A stretch of DNA of 64,000 nt, taken from IMG/VR virus record IMGVR_UViG_3300017642_000077, one strand, 5' to 3'. Below are positions 1 to 8,490 of this stretch, one piece after another. The notes under the pieces are model-generated. The model saw nothing but the letters and a program-made list of their open reading frames with translations, was not told where the DNA came from and searched no databases. The position numbers were made by a program, and so were the translations under genes. Positions within the stretch are counted from its first letter, which is position 1. Each line of letters starts with the position of its first letter. The DNA is from an uncultured virus (IMG/VR IMGVR_UViG_3300017642_000077) (lineage: Duplodnaviria; Heunggongvirae; Uroviricota; Caudoviricetes).

Positions 1-2280
1 TCATACGTCCTCCTTCTCCAGGGCCGCCAGCACGGTCTCGGGCGAAACGGGCAAACACGTCACCGTAAGCCCGATGGCGTCGTGGAGCGCCTGGGCCACG
101 GCCGGACCGGGGCCGTGGGTGCCGACCTCGCCCATGCCCTTGAGCCCCATTGGGCCCGAGGGTTCATTGTCTTCCAGGGCCAGGCATTCGATTTCCGGCA
201 GGTCGGCGGTTGTGGGGATCAGATACGTGCTCAAATCCCCGGCCCGGATACGGCCTGCTTCGAGGGACACGTCCTCGAAAAGCGTGAACCCCACACCTTG
301 GGCGGCCGCGCCCTGGAGCTGCTGCTGCACGCCGGCCGCGGACAGCACCCGGCCGCAGGCAACAACCATAAGGCAACGTGCCAGTTTGGCCCTGCCCGTC
401 AAGACGTCTACTTCCACGCCGCACAGACAGGCTCCATAGGAATAGAAACGGTGGGGGAACCCGAGCTTGAACTCCCGGCCGGTGTCGGGCGGATGCTCCA
501 CCACGGGCATCACGCACTGGTCGACGCAGATCCTGTCATCGCGAAGAAGCAGGCCGCCCAGACGGGCCAGGGGGAACATGCGTCCGGTCACCGGATCGGA
601 GACGCCACCGGGCACGAGTTCGAGCCGGTCCGGCCGGTCGCACAAAAGCGGCAGCGCCGCCCGGTTGCGCAGCTTTTCCGCCATGGTTCGGCAGGCCCCA
701 AGCAAGGCGTTGCCAAAGGTGTAGGTGGTGCGGCTGGCGGCAGACGAACCGGCCAGCGGACAGACCCTGGTGTCGGGCTGGACGCACGCAAAAGCGTCCA
801 GGGGTTGGTGCAGGGCCTTGGCGGCCAGGGCTACGAAGGCCGAGACATTGCCCTGGCCCATGTCCGGCACGGAATTGTAGATGCGAAACGTGCCTTCCCG
901 CGTCAGTTCCAGCTTGGCGGCGGCATGGTCGGGCAGACCCCGTCCGTAGCCCATGGCGTTTTGCATGGAGACGAGGCCCACACCGCGCCGGACAAACGGC
1001 GGAGCCGCGCGTTTCCAGGCATCCCGTCCGGCCCAAAACGGATGGTCCTTGGCGGCCGTGAGGCAGGCGGCGATATCGGTCCCGGGTTCGACCGGCACGC
1101 CGACGGCGTTTGTTTCACCCGCATGCAACGCGTTTTGGATTCGCAGGCCAACCGGATCACGCGAGAGCCGCGCGGCCAGTAGGTCCATGGCCCGCTCCAC
1201 GGCAAAGCTGGCCTGGATCACGCCGAAGCCCCGGAAGGCCCCCCCCACGGGGTTGTTGGTATAGGCGCAAAACCCTTCGATGCGCGTGCCGGAGATGCGG
1301 TAGGGGCCCCCGGCGTGTTCCATGCCCAGGGCCATGATCTCGCCGCTTAAATGGGCGTAGGGGCCGGCGTTGAAATGCATGACGCAGTCCAGCGCGCCAA
1401 GCGTACCGTCGGCGTGCGCTCCCAGCCGGATGTCCACGACGGCGGGATGGCGCTTGTAGCCGGCCACGAAGGTCTCCTCGCGGCTCCAGACCATCTTGAC
1501 CCACCGGCCCGGCACCCGTAAGGCGGCCAGGGCGAGCAGGCACTGCACGGTCGCCCCGTCCTTGCCCCCGAAACCGCCGCCCAGATACGGGACACGAATT
1601 CGGATGCGCCGGGGATCAAGGCCCAGGGCGTGGCCGATTTCGAAGGGGTCCCGGTAGGGAGCCTGGGAGGAAACGATCATGTCCAGACGTCCGGCCGGGG
1701 AGAACCGGGCCAGACCGTTGGGCGGTTCCAGGGACACGTGTTCCTGCATGGGGGTCGCGAACCGGCCGCCGACCACCACCGCGCACCGCTGGAACTCGGC
1801 CCGGGCGTCGCCCTTTTCCATCAGCCCGTGGGCGAGGAGATTGCCTCCCTCGCGGCCGGGATGGACAAGCGGCGCGTCCGGCAACAGGGCTTGCTCGGCA
1901 TCGAACACGCCTGGTAGCGGTTCCAAGACTCCTTGGATTCGGGCCAACCCTTCGGCCAGGGCCTCCCGGGTTTCGGCCACGACAAGCGCCACAGGATCGC
2001 CGCAGTGCCGCACGCGCTTGCCGCACAGCACAGGTTGGTCCTTGGACACGATTCCCTGGCGGTTGGTGCCGGGCACGTCAGCGCGCGTCAGCACCGCCAC
2101 GACACCTGGCACGAGGCGGGCGGAAGCGACATCCAGGCCGACGATCAGGCCATGGGGAATTCCCGCCCTCCGCACACCCGCCCAGAGGCAGTTCGGCGGC
2201 ATTGCATCCACAGCGTACCGTTCACGACCGCAGACTTTGTGCAGAGCGTCGGTCCGAGGCGGGGAATCAAGATGTCGCAT
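1..2280 (-). CDS. Xanthine dehydrogenase/aldehyde oxidoreductase family molybdopterin-binding subunit (host gene)
   Basis: 759 aa with motifs GGGFGGK, GAFRGFG, DMGQG, SAASRTT and GLKGMGE, typical of XdhA/CoxL-type large subunits. Confidence 0.92.
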   Translation of the reverse strand: MRHLDSPPRTDALHKVCGRERYAVDAMPPNCLWAGVRRAGIPHGLIVGLDVASARLVPGVVAVLTRADVPGTNRQGIVSKDQPVLCGKRVRHCGDPVALVVAETREALAEGLARIQGVLEPLPGVFDAEQALLPDAPLVHPGREGGNLLAHGLMEKGDARAEFQRCAVVVGGRFATPMQEHVSLEPPNGLARFSPAGRLDMIVSSQAPYRDPFEIGHALGLDPRRIRIRVPYLGGGFGGKDGATVQCLLALAALRVPGRWVKMVWSREETFVAGYKRHPAVVDIRLGAHADGTLGALDCVMHFNAGPYAHLSGEIMALGMEHAGGPYRISGTRIEGFCAYTNNPVGGAFRGFGVIQASFAVERAMDLLAARLSRDPVGLRIQNALHAGETNAVGVPVEPGTDIAACLTAAKDHPFWAGRDAWKRAAPPFVRRGVGLVSMQNAMGYGRGLPDHAAAKLELTREGTFRIYNSVPDMGQGNVSAFVALAAKALHQPLDAFACVQPDTRVCPLAGSSAASRTTYTFGNALLGACRTMAEKLRNRAALPLLCDRPDRLELVPGGVSDPVTGRMFPLARLGGLLLRDDRICVDQCVMPVVEHPPDTGREFKLGFPHRFYSYGACLCGVEVDVLTGRAKLARCLMVVACGRVLSAAGVQQQLQGAAAQGVGFTLFEDVSLEAGRIRAGDLSTYLIPTTADLPEIECLALEDNEPSGPMGLKGMGEVGTHGPGPAVAQALHDAIGLTVTCLPVSPETVLAALEKEDV

Positions 2281-2385
2281 CCTTGCTGCCCGGCTACGGG
2301 TTGTTAAAAGTGTTCAGAATTCCCCAGAAATAGGGCCACCGCTTGAGACGACCGCCCAACAAATTACCTATCAGTGTTGGGTAAG

Positions 2386-2422
2386 GAAAAAGGGCTTACA
2401 GCCTGTTTTGCTGTAAGCCCTT
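2386..2422 (-). terminator. Rho-independent terminator downstream of the tRNA-Glu 3' fragment
   Basis: 13-bp inverted repeat AAGGGCTTACAGC (2390-2402) / GCTGTAAGCCCTT (2410-2422), followed by a T-run on the minus strand. Confidence 0.8.
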
Positions 2423-2431
2423 GAATTAGCT

Positions 2432-2476
2432 TGGCGTCCCCAAGGGGATTTGAACCCCTGTTACCGGCGTGAAAGG
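2432..2476 (-). other. Prophage attachment site: displaced 3' half of tRNA-Glu(TTC), anticodon loop to CCA
   Basis: Minus strand reads CCTTTCACGCCGGTAACAGGGGTTCAAATCCCCTTGGGGACGCCA. The 5' half of the tRNA is absent, and the site lies at the host/phage boundary. Confidence 0.88.
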
Positions 2477-2548
2477 GCGCTATCCGCCCGGCGCGATTAC
2501 TGTTTTCAACTCTCCCCGCTTCTATCCTGCCGTTATCATTCCCGCCTG

Positions 2549-2580
2549 TTTACCCCCATTTTTACCCCTGATTTTACCCC
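2549..2580 (+). repeat. Three TTTACCCC direct repeats at 12-bp period (possible integrase arm-type sites)
   Basis: TTTACCCC starts at 2549, 2561 and 2573, about 70-100 bp from the att core. Confidence 0.55.
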
Positions 2581-2759
2581 ACGCGCCCTCCGACGTGACA
2601 GGCCGCTGAATGCCGATTTTCATCCCGCTTTCACGCCGTTTTCCGGTGCTCCGGGGCCTGGCATGGAGTCTGGACGGAAAAGAAAAGCGTACCGAAGGAG
2701 GTGATGCCCTATGCCCTTGAGCGATCTTGATAGAATGCGCGTCAGAGGCGAAATTTAAC

Positions 2760-2802
2760 GACGCCCCGGTAGCCGTATGGCCGCCGGGGCGTCTCTTTTT
2801 TT
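2760..2802 (+). terminator. Intrinsic terminator at the end of the tail operon, possibly bidirectional
   Basis: GACGCCCCGG...CCGGGGCGTC stem followed by TCTTTTTTT. Confidence 0.7.
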
Positions 2803-2812
2803 GGGATCGATG

Positions 2813-3238
2813 TCACGATGCTGGCAACGAAATCTCGACGCTGATCGCCCGCACGGCCGCCACCGTCTCCGCCGCTTTGACCTGATCGTAAATAGCTTGC
2901 CGCTGCCCGATCACCGCGCCACTGATCGCGGACCAAGATTCGCGGTTGATCAGGATTCGTTGGGCCAAAGCGGCGACTTCCATACCTCTGGCCGCAGCCA
3001 TGGCCGAAAGCATGGGCACCGACGCGGACGGGTTGGTCATAAGCGCCGTAGCCTCGGTCACCTGCTGGTCCCACGTCGCTGTCTCCCATCGGCCATACTC
3101 GGTCCCAAGGGGCTCAAGTACGGCGTCGCAGGCCGCCTTGGCTTCCGCGTTCTTGGCCGTTTTGAGTGCGGTCAGATCGGGCGTCAGCCACTCGCCGCCG
3201 AACAGCGGGATGCCTACCGGTGGATCAACTACCTCCAC
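2813..3238 (-). CDS. Tail fibre assembly/chaperone-like protein (start uncertain)
   Basis: E.ATWDQQ..EA......P.A..PML.A.A.ARG pattern of phage tail-fibre assembly proteins, last gene of the tail operon. Confidence 0.65.
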   Translation of the reverse strand: MEVVDPPVGIPLFGGEWLTPDLTALKTAKNAEAKAACDAVLEPLGTEYGRWETATWDQQVTEATALMTNPSASVPMLSAMAAARGMEVAALAQRILINRESWSAISGAVIGQRQAIYDQVKAAETVAAVRAISVEISLPAS

Positions 3239-3270
3239 CCCCTCCGGCCAGGTCGCGGCATGATCGCGGC

Positions 3271-3612
3271 CTACTCATCCGGCACACTAATCACATTATC
3301 CTCACACCCCCACCCCACAGCGTCAGCGACTGTTATGCCCCGTCTCGTCAACCCATTGGTCTCTTGTAATCCCCACTGATAGAGATATCGCTCTGTGACC
3401 GTTCCGTCAGCGTCCGTTATGTCAACGATTTTGTGCCCTGCTTCTTCGGCTGGTTTATCTTCAGTAGGGTCTAATTGGCCTTGTAATACCCATCCATACC
3501 GCTCGTTAAGCCATGTTTGGATGTCGGACAGAACTCTGGACTTATAAGTATCAATAGCAATAAGATTTTCTACGTCTGCTTTTGTCGCAATCGATTTTGG
3601 ATACCCAATCAT
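3271..3612 (-). CDS. Phage hypothetical protein downstream of the Mtd-like gene
   Basis: AGGAG SD then ATG at 3612 (MIGYPKSIATKADVENL...). Confidence 0.7.
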   Translation of the reverse strand: MIGYPKSIATKADVENLIAIDTYKSRVLSDIQTWLNERYGWVLQGQLDPTEDKPAEEAGHKIVDITDADGTVTERYLYQWGLQETNGLTRRGITVADAVGWGCEDNVISVPDE

Positions 3613-3631
3613 ATTGACTCCTATCTTGTCA

Positions 3632-4921
3632 TTACAGCGCCACGGCCAACGGCTCCGCGACCCCGCGCGCACCGATAGCCGTATCCAGATACAGCGGACC
3701 GTAAATCCAAAGCGAACTGCGCGAGCCGCAATACGACCCACTATTCCAATAGCCGCCCGCGATCCCACGGTTGGGGGCGTAATACGACTTACCAGCCACG
3801 CCGGAATCGTTGGCGTTATAGGCATCCACCCAGGAGGCCGCTGCATAGGGGCCGCCTGCCTCGCAGAGCCATTGCCAGAGGGCGCCACAGCAGTCCTCAC
3901 AGCCACAATTACTGATCATACGTCTGCCGGCGGTGTCAGAGTGGCCTCCCGTGGTGCCAGGATCGGCGCTCCCGGAGATATTGGTGCCCTGATTGCTGCC
4001 CAAGCTGGCAGACACAAACTCATGCTGGGACAGCGGTCGTTTGCCGACCTGCCCAAACCATTGCGAGAATTTGTAATAGTGGAAGGCCGGGCTACTCCCG
4101 CCATCGGCAGTCGTGCCACCATTAACAGAGACCAGCGCCCCGCTGCTTACCGAGGCCAGATAGATATCAACCCATTTGCCGATGCCGGAAACGTACACCA
4201 TGCCCTCGGGCGAGGACACGGGGCGGTGCTTCAGGTCCCAGACGCTGGCGGGGAGGATGTCGCCGGCAACATAATCGGACAGGGAGTGGCCAGAGATTGT
4301 CCCAACAGCCAGGCACAGGCAATGAAATCCGCCCGCCTTGCGGCTTGTTGAGGCGGTATATCCTGTCGGATAGGTTGAATTTGCTGATACGACCAATTTA
4401 ATCGACCCACTATCGAGACACGCGTAGACATAAAAGTCTTTGCCCGCACGATTCGCCGCTACGGTGTAGTCGGTCGCTGTGCTGTCCCATGCAGACGAAT
4501 CTGACAGCACAAAAGTCTGTTGCTCCGAGAGCGTAAGCAGTACGCCGCCAACATCAATAGCCATCCGCGCGGGAGAGAGGAGTGTAAGCCGGTCGGCAGC
4601 GGCTGAAACCGTTTTTGCTGCCCAGGCGCTATCCCGCGAATAATGGCCGGGCATGGACGCGATCAGGGCGGCCGCTAGATCGTAGGTGGAGGCCGACCCA
4701 CTGTGCGGGTTGGCTGCTGCCTCATGCGCCTCACGGGCAGCGGCCTCGGCCGACAACTCGGTGCTTGTCGCGAGCCCAGCCCGAACATGTACTGCTGTAA
4801 CTTTTTTGGTGGTGCCGTTGGCCCCGTCTGTCACATCACTCATATCCTGCACGACAAAGATATCATTATCGGCCGGAAGTTCAGCCAACTCAGTCATTTC
4901 GGGAAGGGTTTTAAGCGCCAT
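3632..4921 (-). CDS. mtd: Major tropism determinant (Mtd)-like receptor-binding protein with C-terminal CLec/FGE-type domain
   Basis: GGFH, WVDIYL, G.EDCCG.LWQW and C-terminal GGYWNSGSYCGSRSSLW..GP......IGARGVAEP resemble Bordetella phage BPP-1 Mtd. Confidence 0.75.
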   Translation of the reverse strand: MALKTLPEMTELAELPADNDIFVVQDMSDVTDGANGTTKKVTAVHVRAGLATSTELSAEAAAREAHEAAANPHSGSASTYDLAAALIASMPGHYSRDSAWAAKTVSAAADRLTLLSPARMAIDVGGVLLTLSEQQTFVLSDSSAWDSTATDYTVAANRAGKDFYVYACLDSGSIKLVVSANSTYPTGYTASTSRKAGGFHCLCLAVGTISGHSLSDYVAGDILPASVWDLKHRPVSSPEGMVYVSGIGKWVDIYLASVSSGALVSVNGGTTADGGSSPAFHYYKFSQWFGQVGKRPLSQHEFVSASLGSNQGTNISGSADPGTTGGHSDTAGRRMISNCGCEDCCGALWQWLCEAGGPYAAASWVDAYNANDSGVAGKSYYAPNRGIAGGYWNSGSYCGSRSSLWIYGPLYLDTAIGARGVAEPLAVAL

Positions 4922-4923
4922 TG

Positions 4924-7233
4924 TTACCCCTGATAGGCCAGCTTGTCGCCGGCAGTTGTTGCAATGATGTTGCCGTCACTAGTAGCCAAACAGCCGACAG
5001 ACACGCCCCGCGCCGGCACCGGCACCACAAACCGTTGCCAGGACTCCCAGCCATCACGCACGCTCTCTATCTCGACGCGCATGGCTTCCCCCACGCGTTC
5101 CTCGCGGTCCGATAGCTCTGTGGCCAGTGAATACGTCCACGCCCTGGGCTCGGTGGCCAGGCCGGTCACCGACCGGATCAGCGCGGATGTGGCCGCGTCA
5201 TAGAGGTAGATCGAAAGAGTTGTGCCGGCCTCGGGCAGGATGTTGCCGGCGGCCTGGTCATCGATGGCCCCGGTTTGCTCAACCCGATTACGATTGTCCC
5301 AGGTGAGAGTGATACTAGAGTCATCGGCGAGTGAAGTGGGGAACGCTACCCCATTGACGCGCACGTTAGCCGGCGGATACGGTCGGATTGCCCGAGCGTT
5401 GAAGATTTTAGTATTTTCCGACGCGTCATCTAATGACAAAACGCCTCTGGTCGTCATCGGGCAGACCTTGAGCCGGACCGTCAGGCTCTGGAGATAGACG
5501 GATCGGCACAGGCCATAATCGTCCACCCCGACAAACCAGATTTGCGCCCCATCGGTGTGCGTAGATGGAACGGTATCAAGGACCCCGCGACCGATGGTCA
5601 GGGTCGCCGTACCGAGATCGGTATCCACCGTTCCCGATTTTACCCACACCCATTCGTTGTCGATTACCGCAAGACAATCGAGTCCTGGCGTGATGCGGTG
5701 CGGCTCGGTGATTCCCTCGACGGATAGAGATGTTGTCGCGGGACCAATGTCTGCGGATATGATTCCGGTCGGAGTGAACAGTTGATTTCCACGATCAATC
5801 CAGGCCGAGCGGGATGCAACGTATTCATAGAGTTCATACCCCAGGGATGTGCTTGACGGACGGCCGATGAACGTCGCCATGATGCCGGACGTTTCATCCC
5901 GACTGGCGAGGTCTGATTCGCTGACAACTCCATTGACCAACAAATGGTATGGCAACTCCGTCAGGGAGCGATACTCTGCATCCTCGGGAAGAGCCGCACG
6001 GCTTGCGCCTTCCACCGCTCCAGGTCCAGAAAAAATGGTGTAATCAAGCCCATAAATATCCTCTGAGCACGTCACAGTGACCTGCTCGTCGGTGAGACTT
6101 CCGTAATCGATTTCCAAAACACGCATGACCACGCGAACAGCGCCATAGTCACTGTTTGACCATGCAAAAACATCCCCGCGCACAAGTTGCGAGAGTTTGC
6201 GATTCCCGATGAGTTCCGCCACAGCGAACGGATACGAGTTTTGCAATAATTTACGCTCAGCCACCCGCTGGGCAACGGATCCATTCGTAATATGTTTCCC
6301 GTCCACATCCAGGATGATGGGCTTTCCTTGCAGCGCTTGGGCAGCAGGGTTATCCAACGGGAGAGTTCGGACGGTTTCACCATCACCGTCCTCTTCATTA
6401 ACCTGCGTCCAAGTAAGTAAGACCTTGTTGTAGAGGTCTACAGGCTCTTTACGAGAATAGTTATTTACTTTTGAAATCGTTGATTCATCAAAATGCTGAA
6501 TATTATCTATATCATAATCGCCACGGAACAATTTAATGGTTTGCAGCCCTGTCCGGGGATGCTCGAAAACAATTCCATCAATGTAGTCGCAAATATCTGA
6601 AATAAAATCATCGTCTGATGTCCCACCATCCTGTGTTGGAGCAAGCCCAAAACCTTCATTATACAAAGTCTGCGCGGCGGCGAGGAAGGCCGCTTCATCA
6701 ATAAGGGATGTATCCAAATGCGATCCCCACTCTCCAGCCCCACCATTTGATGTCTCTATGTCCCAGATAATATGCACGGGATTCATGCCCGTCACTGTAT
6801 CATCAATCTTGGGGAGCATGAGTTCTGGATGCCAATCAACCGTATCGTCTTCAACCAGAAAATCCCAGCTCTTGAGGTAGGGGTTGACTGCCGCAATCTT
6901 GCCATTGCGGACAAGCGCGGTAACAAGCCCGCGATAGGCTGGTTGGTCGGTGCCAGATCGAGCAGTCAGATAGCTACTGATCTCCTGGTCTGGATTTCCA
7001 TCCATCAAGTCGATTTCGGCAACAATCCCTCCCTCGGAGCTTTCTCCCCCAAAGAGATTCGGCTGGTTGATGGAAATACGCCCAGCCGAAGCATCGCCAG
7101 TCCAGGCAATCTTATCCCCGACCTTGATCGCCTTAAGCTTCGACATGCTATGGCAAAGTGCAAACAGGATGTCCACCAAATACCAATAACCGACGACGTA
7201 GGATTGGTTTCCCTTCCCCCCGCCACTGCTCAT
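4924..7233 (-). CDS. Tail tip / host-specificity (gpJ-like) protein
   Basis: 769 aa, LFGGE..EGG, PAYRG, MNPVHII, RGVLDTVP and PYPPANV motifs of D3112/YuA-type tail-tip proteins. Confidence 0.8.
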   Translation of the reverse strand: MSSGGGKGNQSYVVGYWYLVDILFALCHSMSKLKAIKVGDKIAWTGDASAGRISINQPNLFGGESSEGGIVAEIDLMDGNPDQEISSYLTARSGTDQPAYRGLVTALVRNGKIAAVNPYLKSWDFLVEDDTVDWHPELMLPKIDDTVTGMNPVHIIWDIETSNGGAGEWGSHLDTSLIDEAAFLAAAQTLYNEGFGLAPTQDGGTSDDDFISDICDYIDGIVFEHPRTGLQTIKLFRGDYDIDNIQHFDESTISKVNNYSRKEPVDLYNKVLLTWTQVNEEDGDGETVRTLPLDNPAAQALQGKPIILDVDGKHITNGSVAQRVAERKLLQNSYPFAVAELIGNRKLSQLVRGDVFAWSNSDYGAVRVVMRVLEIDYGSLTDEQVTVTCSEDIYGLDYTIFSGPGAVEGASRAALPEDAEYRSLTELPYHLLVNGVVSESDLASRDETSGIMATFIGRPSSTSLGYELYEYVASRSAWIDRGNQLFTPTGIISADIGPATTSLSVEGITEPHRITPGLDCLAVIDNEWVWVKSGTVDTDLGTATLTIGRGVLDTVPSTHTDGAQIWFVGVDDYGLCRSVYLQSLTVRLKVCPMTTRGVLSLDDASENTKIFNARAIRPYPPANVRVNGVAFPTSLADDSSITLTWDNRNRVEQTGAIDDQAAGNILPEAGTTLSIYLYDAATSALIRSVTGLATEPRAWTYSLATELSDREERVGEAMRVEIESVRDGWESWQRFVVPVPARGVSVGCLATSDGNIIATTAGDKLAYQG

Positions 7234-7442
7234 GTGTTTTCTCCACCTGCGGCGGCAAAACGCGTCAGAGCCGTCACCATCACGGCCTTAATACGTGCAT
7301 GGTCAAACTGTTTGAGAATTTCGATATCAATTCCATTTTTCCTAAAATCGTTCCAATCGAGGCCGTGCCCTCGACAAAAGGCACGCCCACCATCGCAGCA
7401 ACACCCCGGAGTCGACATGTAATCCTGCAGGGTAACGATCAT
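7230..7442 (-). CDS. Small tail assembly protein
   Basis: C..G.RAFC..HGLDW.DF.KNGI motif typical of this tail-tip cluster, overlaps both neighbours. Confidence 0.7.
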   Translation of the reverse strand: MIVTLQDYMSTPGCCCDGGRAFCRGHGLDWNDFRKNGIDIEILKQFDHARIKAVMVTALTRFAAAGGENT

Positions 7443-7687
7443 CCTTTTTTCCCACCTGCATTCTTGCGTATTGGGATGGTATTCACATTTCCGAAATATA
7501 AAACAGTTGCATTTTTTATCCAACGCCGATGCCACACCTTCTTGATGTAATCACCCTCCTTGGCCATATTGACATCAGACTCTTCAATAGTCCCAGGAGT
7601 GGCGTTGCTTGACTTCTTTGCTGGCGTAAGTAGATAGCTAACAAATGAAAGAGCTAGGGATGCTATAAACAGTATTGCTTGCAGCAT
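7439..7687 (-). CDS. Small tail protein
   Basis: Hydrophobic N-terminus, C-terminal IRK..GGKKG, translationally coupled within the operon. Confidence 0.65.
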   Translation of the reverse strand: MLQAILFIASLALSFVSYLLTPAKKSSNATPGTIEESDVNMAKEGDYIKKVWHRRWIKNATVLYFGNVNTIPIRKNAGGKKG

Positions 7688-8490
7688 TATGCCACCTTAT
7701 CTCCAGTAAATGGATTATCCAGGGGGATGGTTGGGCCACCACCAAAATTTTCCAAGTTGTTAAATTTCGTTTTGCAAATTGAGATAGACAGATTGCAGCC
7801 TGGATAAAATGTCACGGTCAAGCCGGTTGTCCCAACGTTGCTCAAAGCATAATGCAAGGTAACGTCCGTCCCGGCATGGGCAACGATCATGCGCCGCTCG
7901 CCCGTGTCGAGTTCGGCATACCCCCCGCTCCACCAGCCGTCCTCTTGGCCAGCCAAGCCGGAATGAGTCAGAGTGCGTGAGCCGTCACTTGTCACGCCGG
8001 CCAGACGCACCGCATACTCTGACGCAACCAACCCACATTGGCGGCTGTAAATGGCATGCCTGCATTGACGCCCCATCCTGACCAAGCCGGTCTGACGAAA
8101 TTGCGTCCGCGAAGTGTCACACTGCAAGGTCGCCTCATCTCCGGCCAGTGAACCGTCCGTCACGCGTCCCTGCCAGATAACCATCGCCTCCGTATCTCCT
8201 ACATGGAGGCGATAGATCGTGATGTAGGCCACATTCTCTGGTGGTGGCCCTGCGTACCGCGATGCAATGCCCAAGGTGCGGGCCATCGTGAGTTCGAGGC
8301 TTCCTTTCAGTGCGTTTTGCGTTGACTTGATATTCCCGCTTTTTATCGTAGCCGCCTCATACACTTCACCATTATACGTGATATCACGCGAGGCAGACGT
8401 GTAGCGCCATGCCGTTGATCCGGCCACGAAGCGAAAAAGGACAATCGGCCGCCCACCAAAAATGCTGTTCTCGAAATCCCAGAAGCTCAC
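7687..8490 (-). CDS. DUF2163/BR0599-family tail tip protein (gpL-like)
   Basis: CRHAIYSRQCG and PGCNLSISICKTKFNNLENFGG Cys motifs, GTG start at 8490. Confidence 0.82.
   Translation of the reverse strand: MSFWDFENSIFGGRPIVLFRFVAGSTAWRYTSASRDITYNGEVYEAATIKSGNIKSTQNALKGSLELTMARTLGIASRYAGPPPENVAYITIYRLHVGDTEAMVIWQGRVTDGSLAGDEATLQCDTSRTQFRQTGLVRMGRQCRHAIYSRQCGLVASEYAVRLAGVTSDGSRTLTHSGLAGQEDGWWSGGYAELDTGERRMIVAHAGTDVTLHYALSNVGTTGLTVTFYPGCNLSISICKTKFNNLENFGGGPTIPLDNPFTGDKVA

Noticed and set aside
82..1182. 366-aa plus-strand ORF
   Set aside because: Shadow of the molybdopterin enzyme gene
2432..2476. Intact tRNA-Glu gene
   Set aside because: The 5' acceptor strand and D-arm are missing, so it is only an att fragment
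3614..4351. Complete DGR (TR or RT near mtd)
   Set aside because: No RT motifs and no second VR copy seen. The plus-strand ORF is a shadow of mtd
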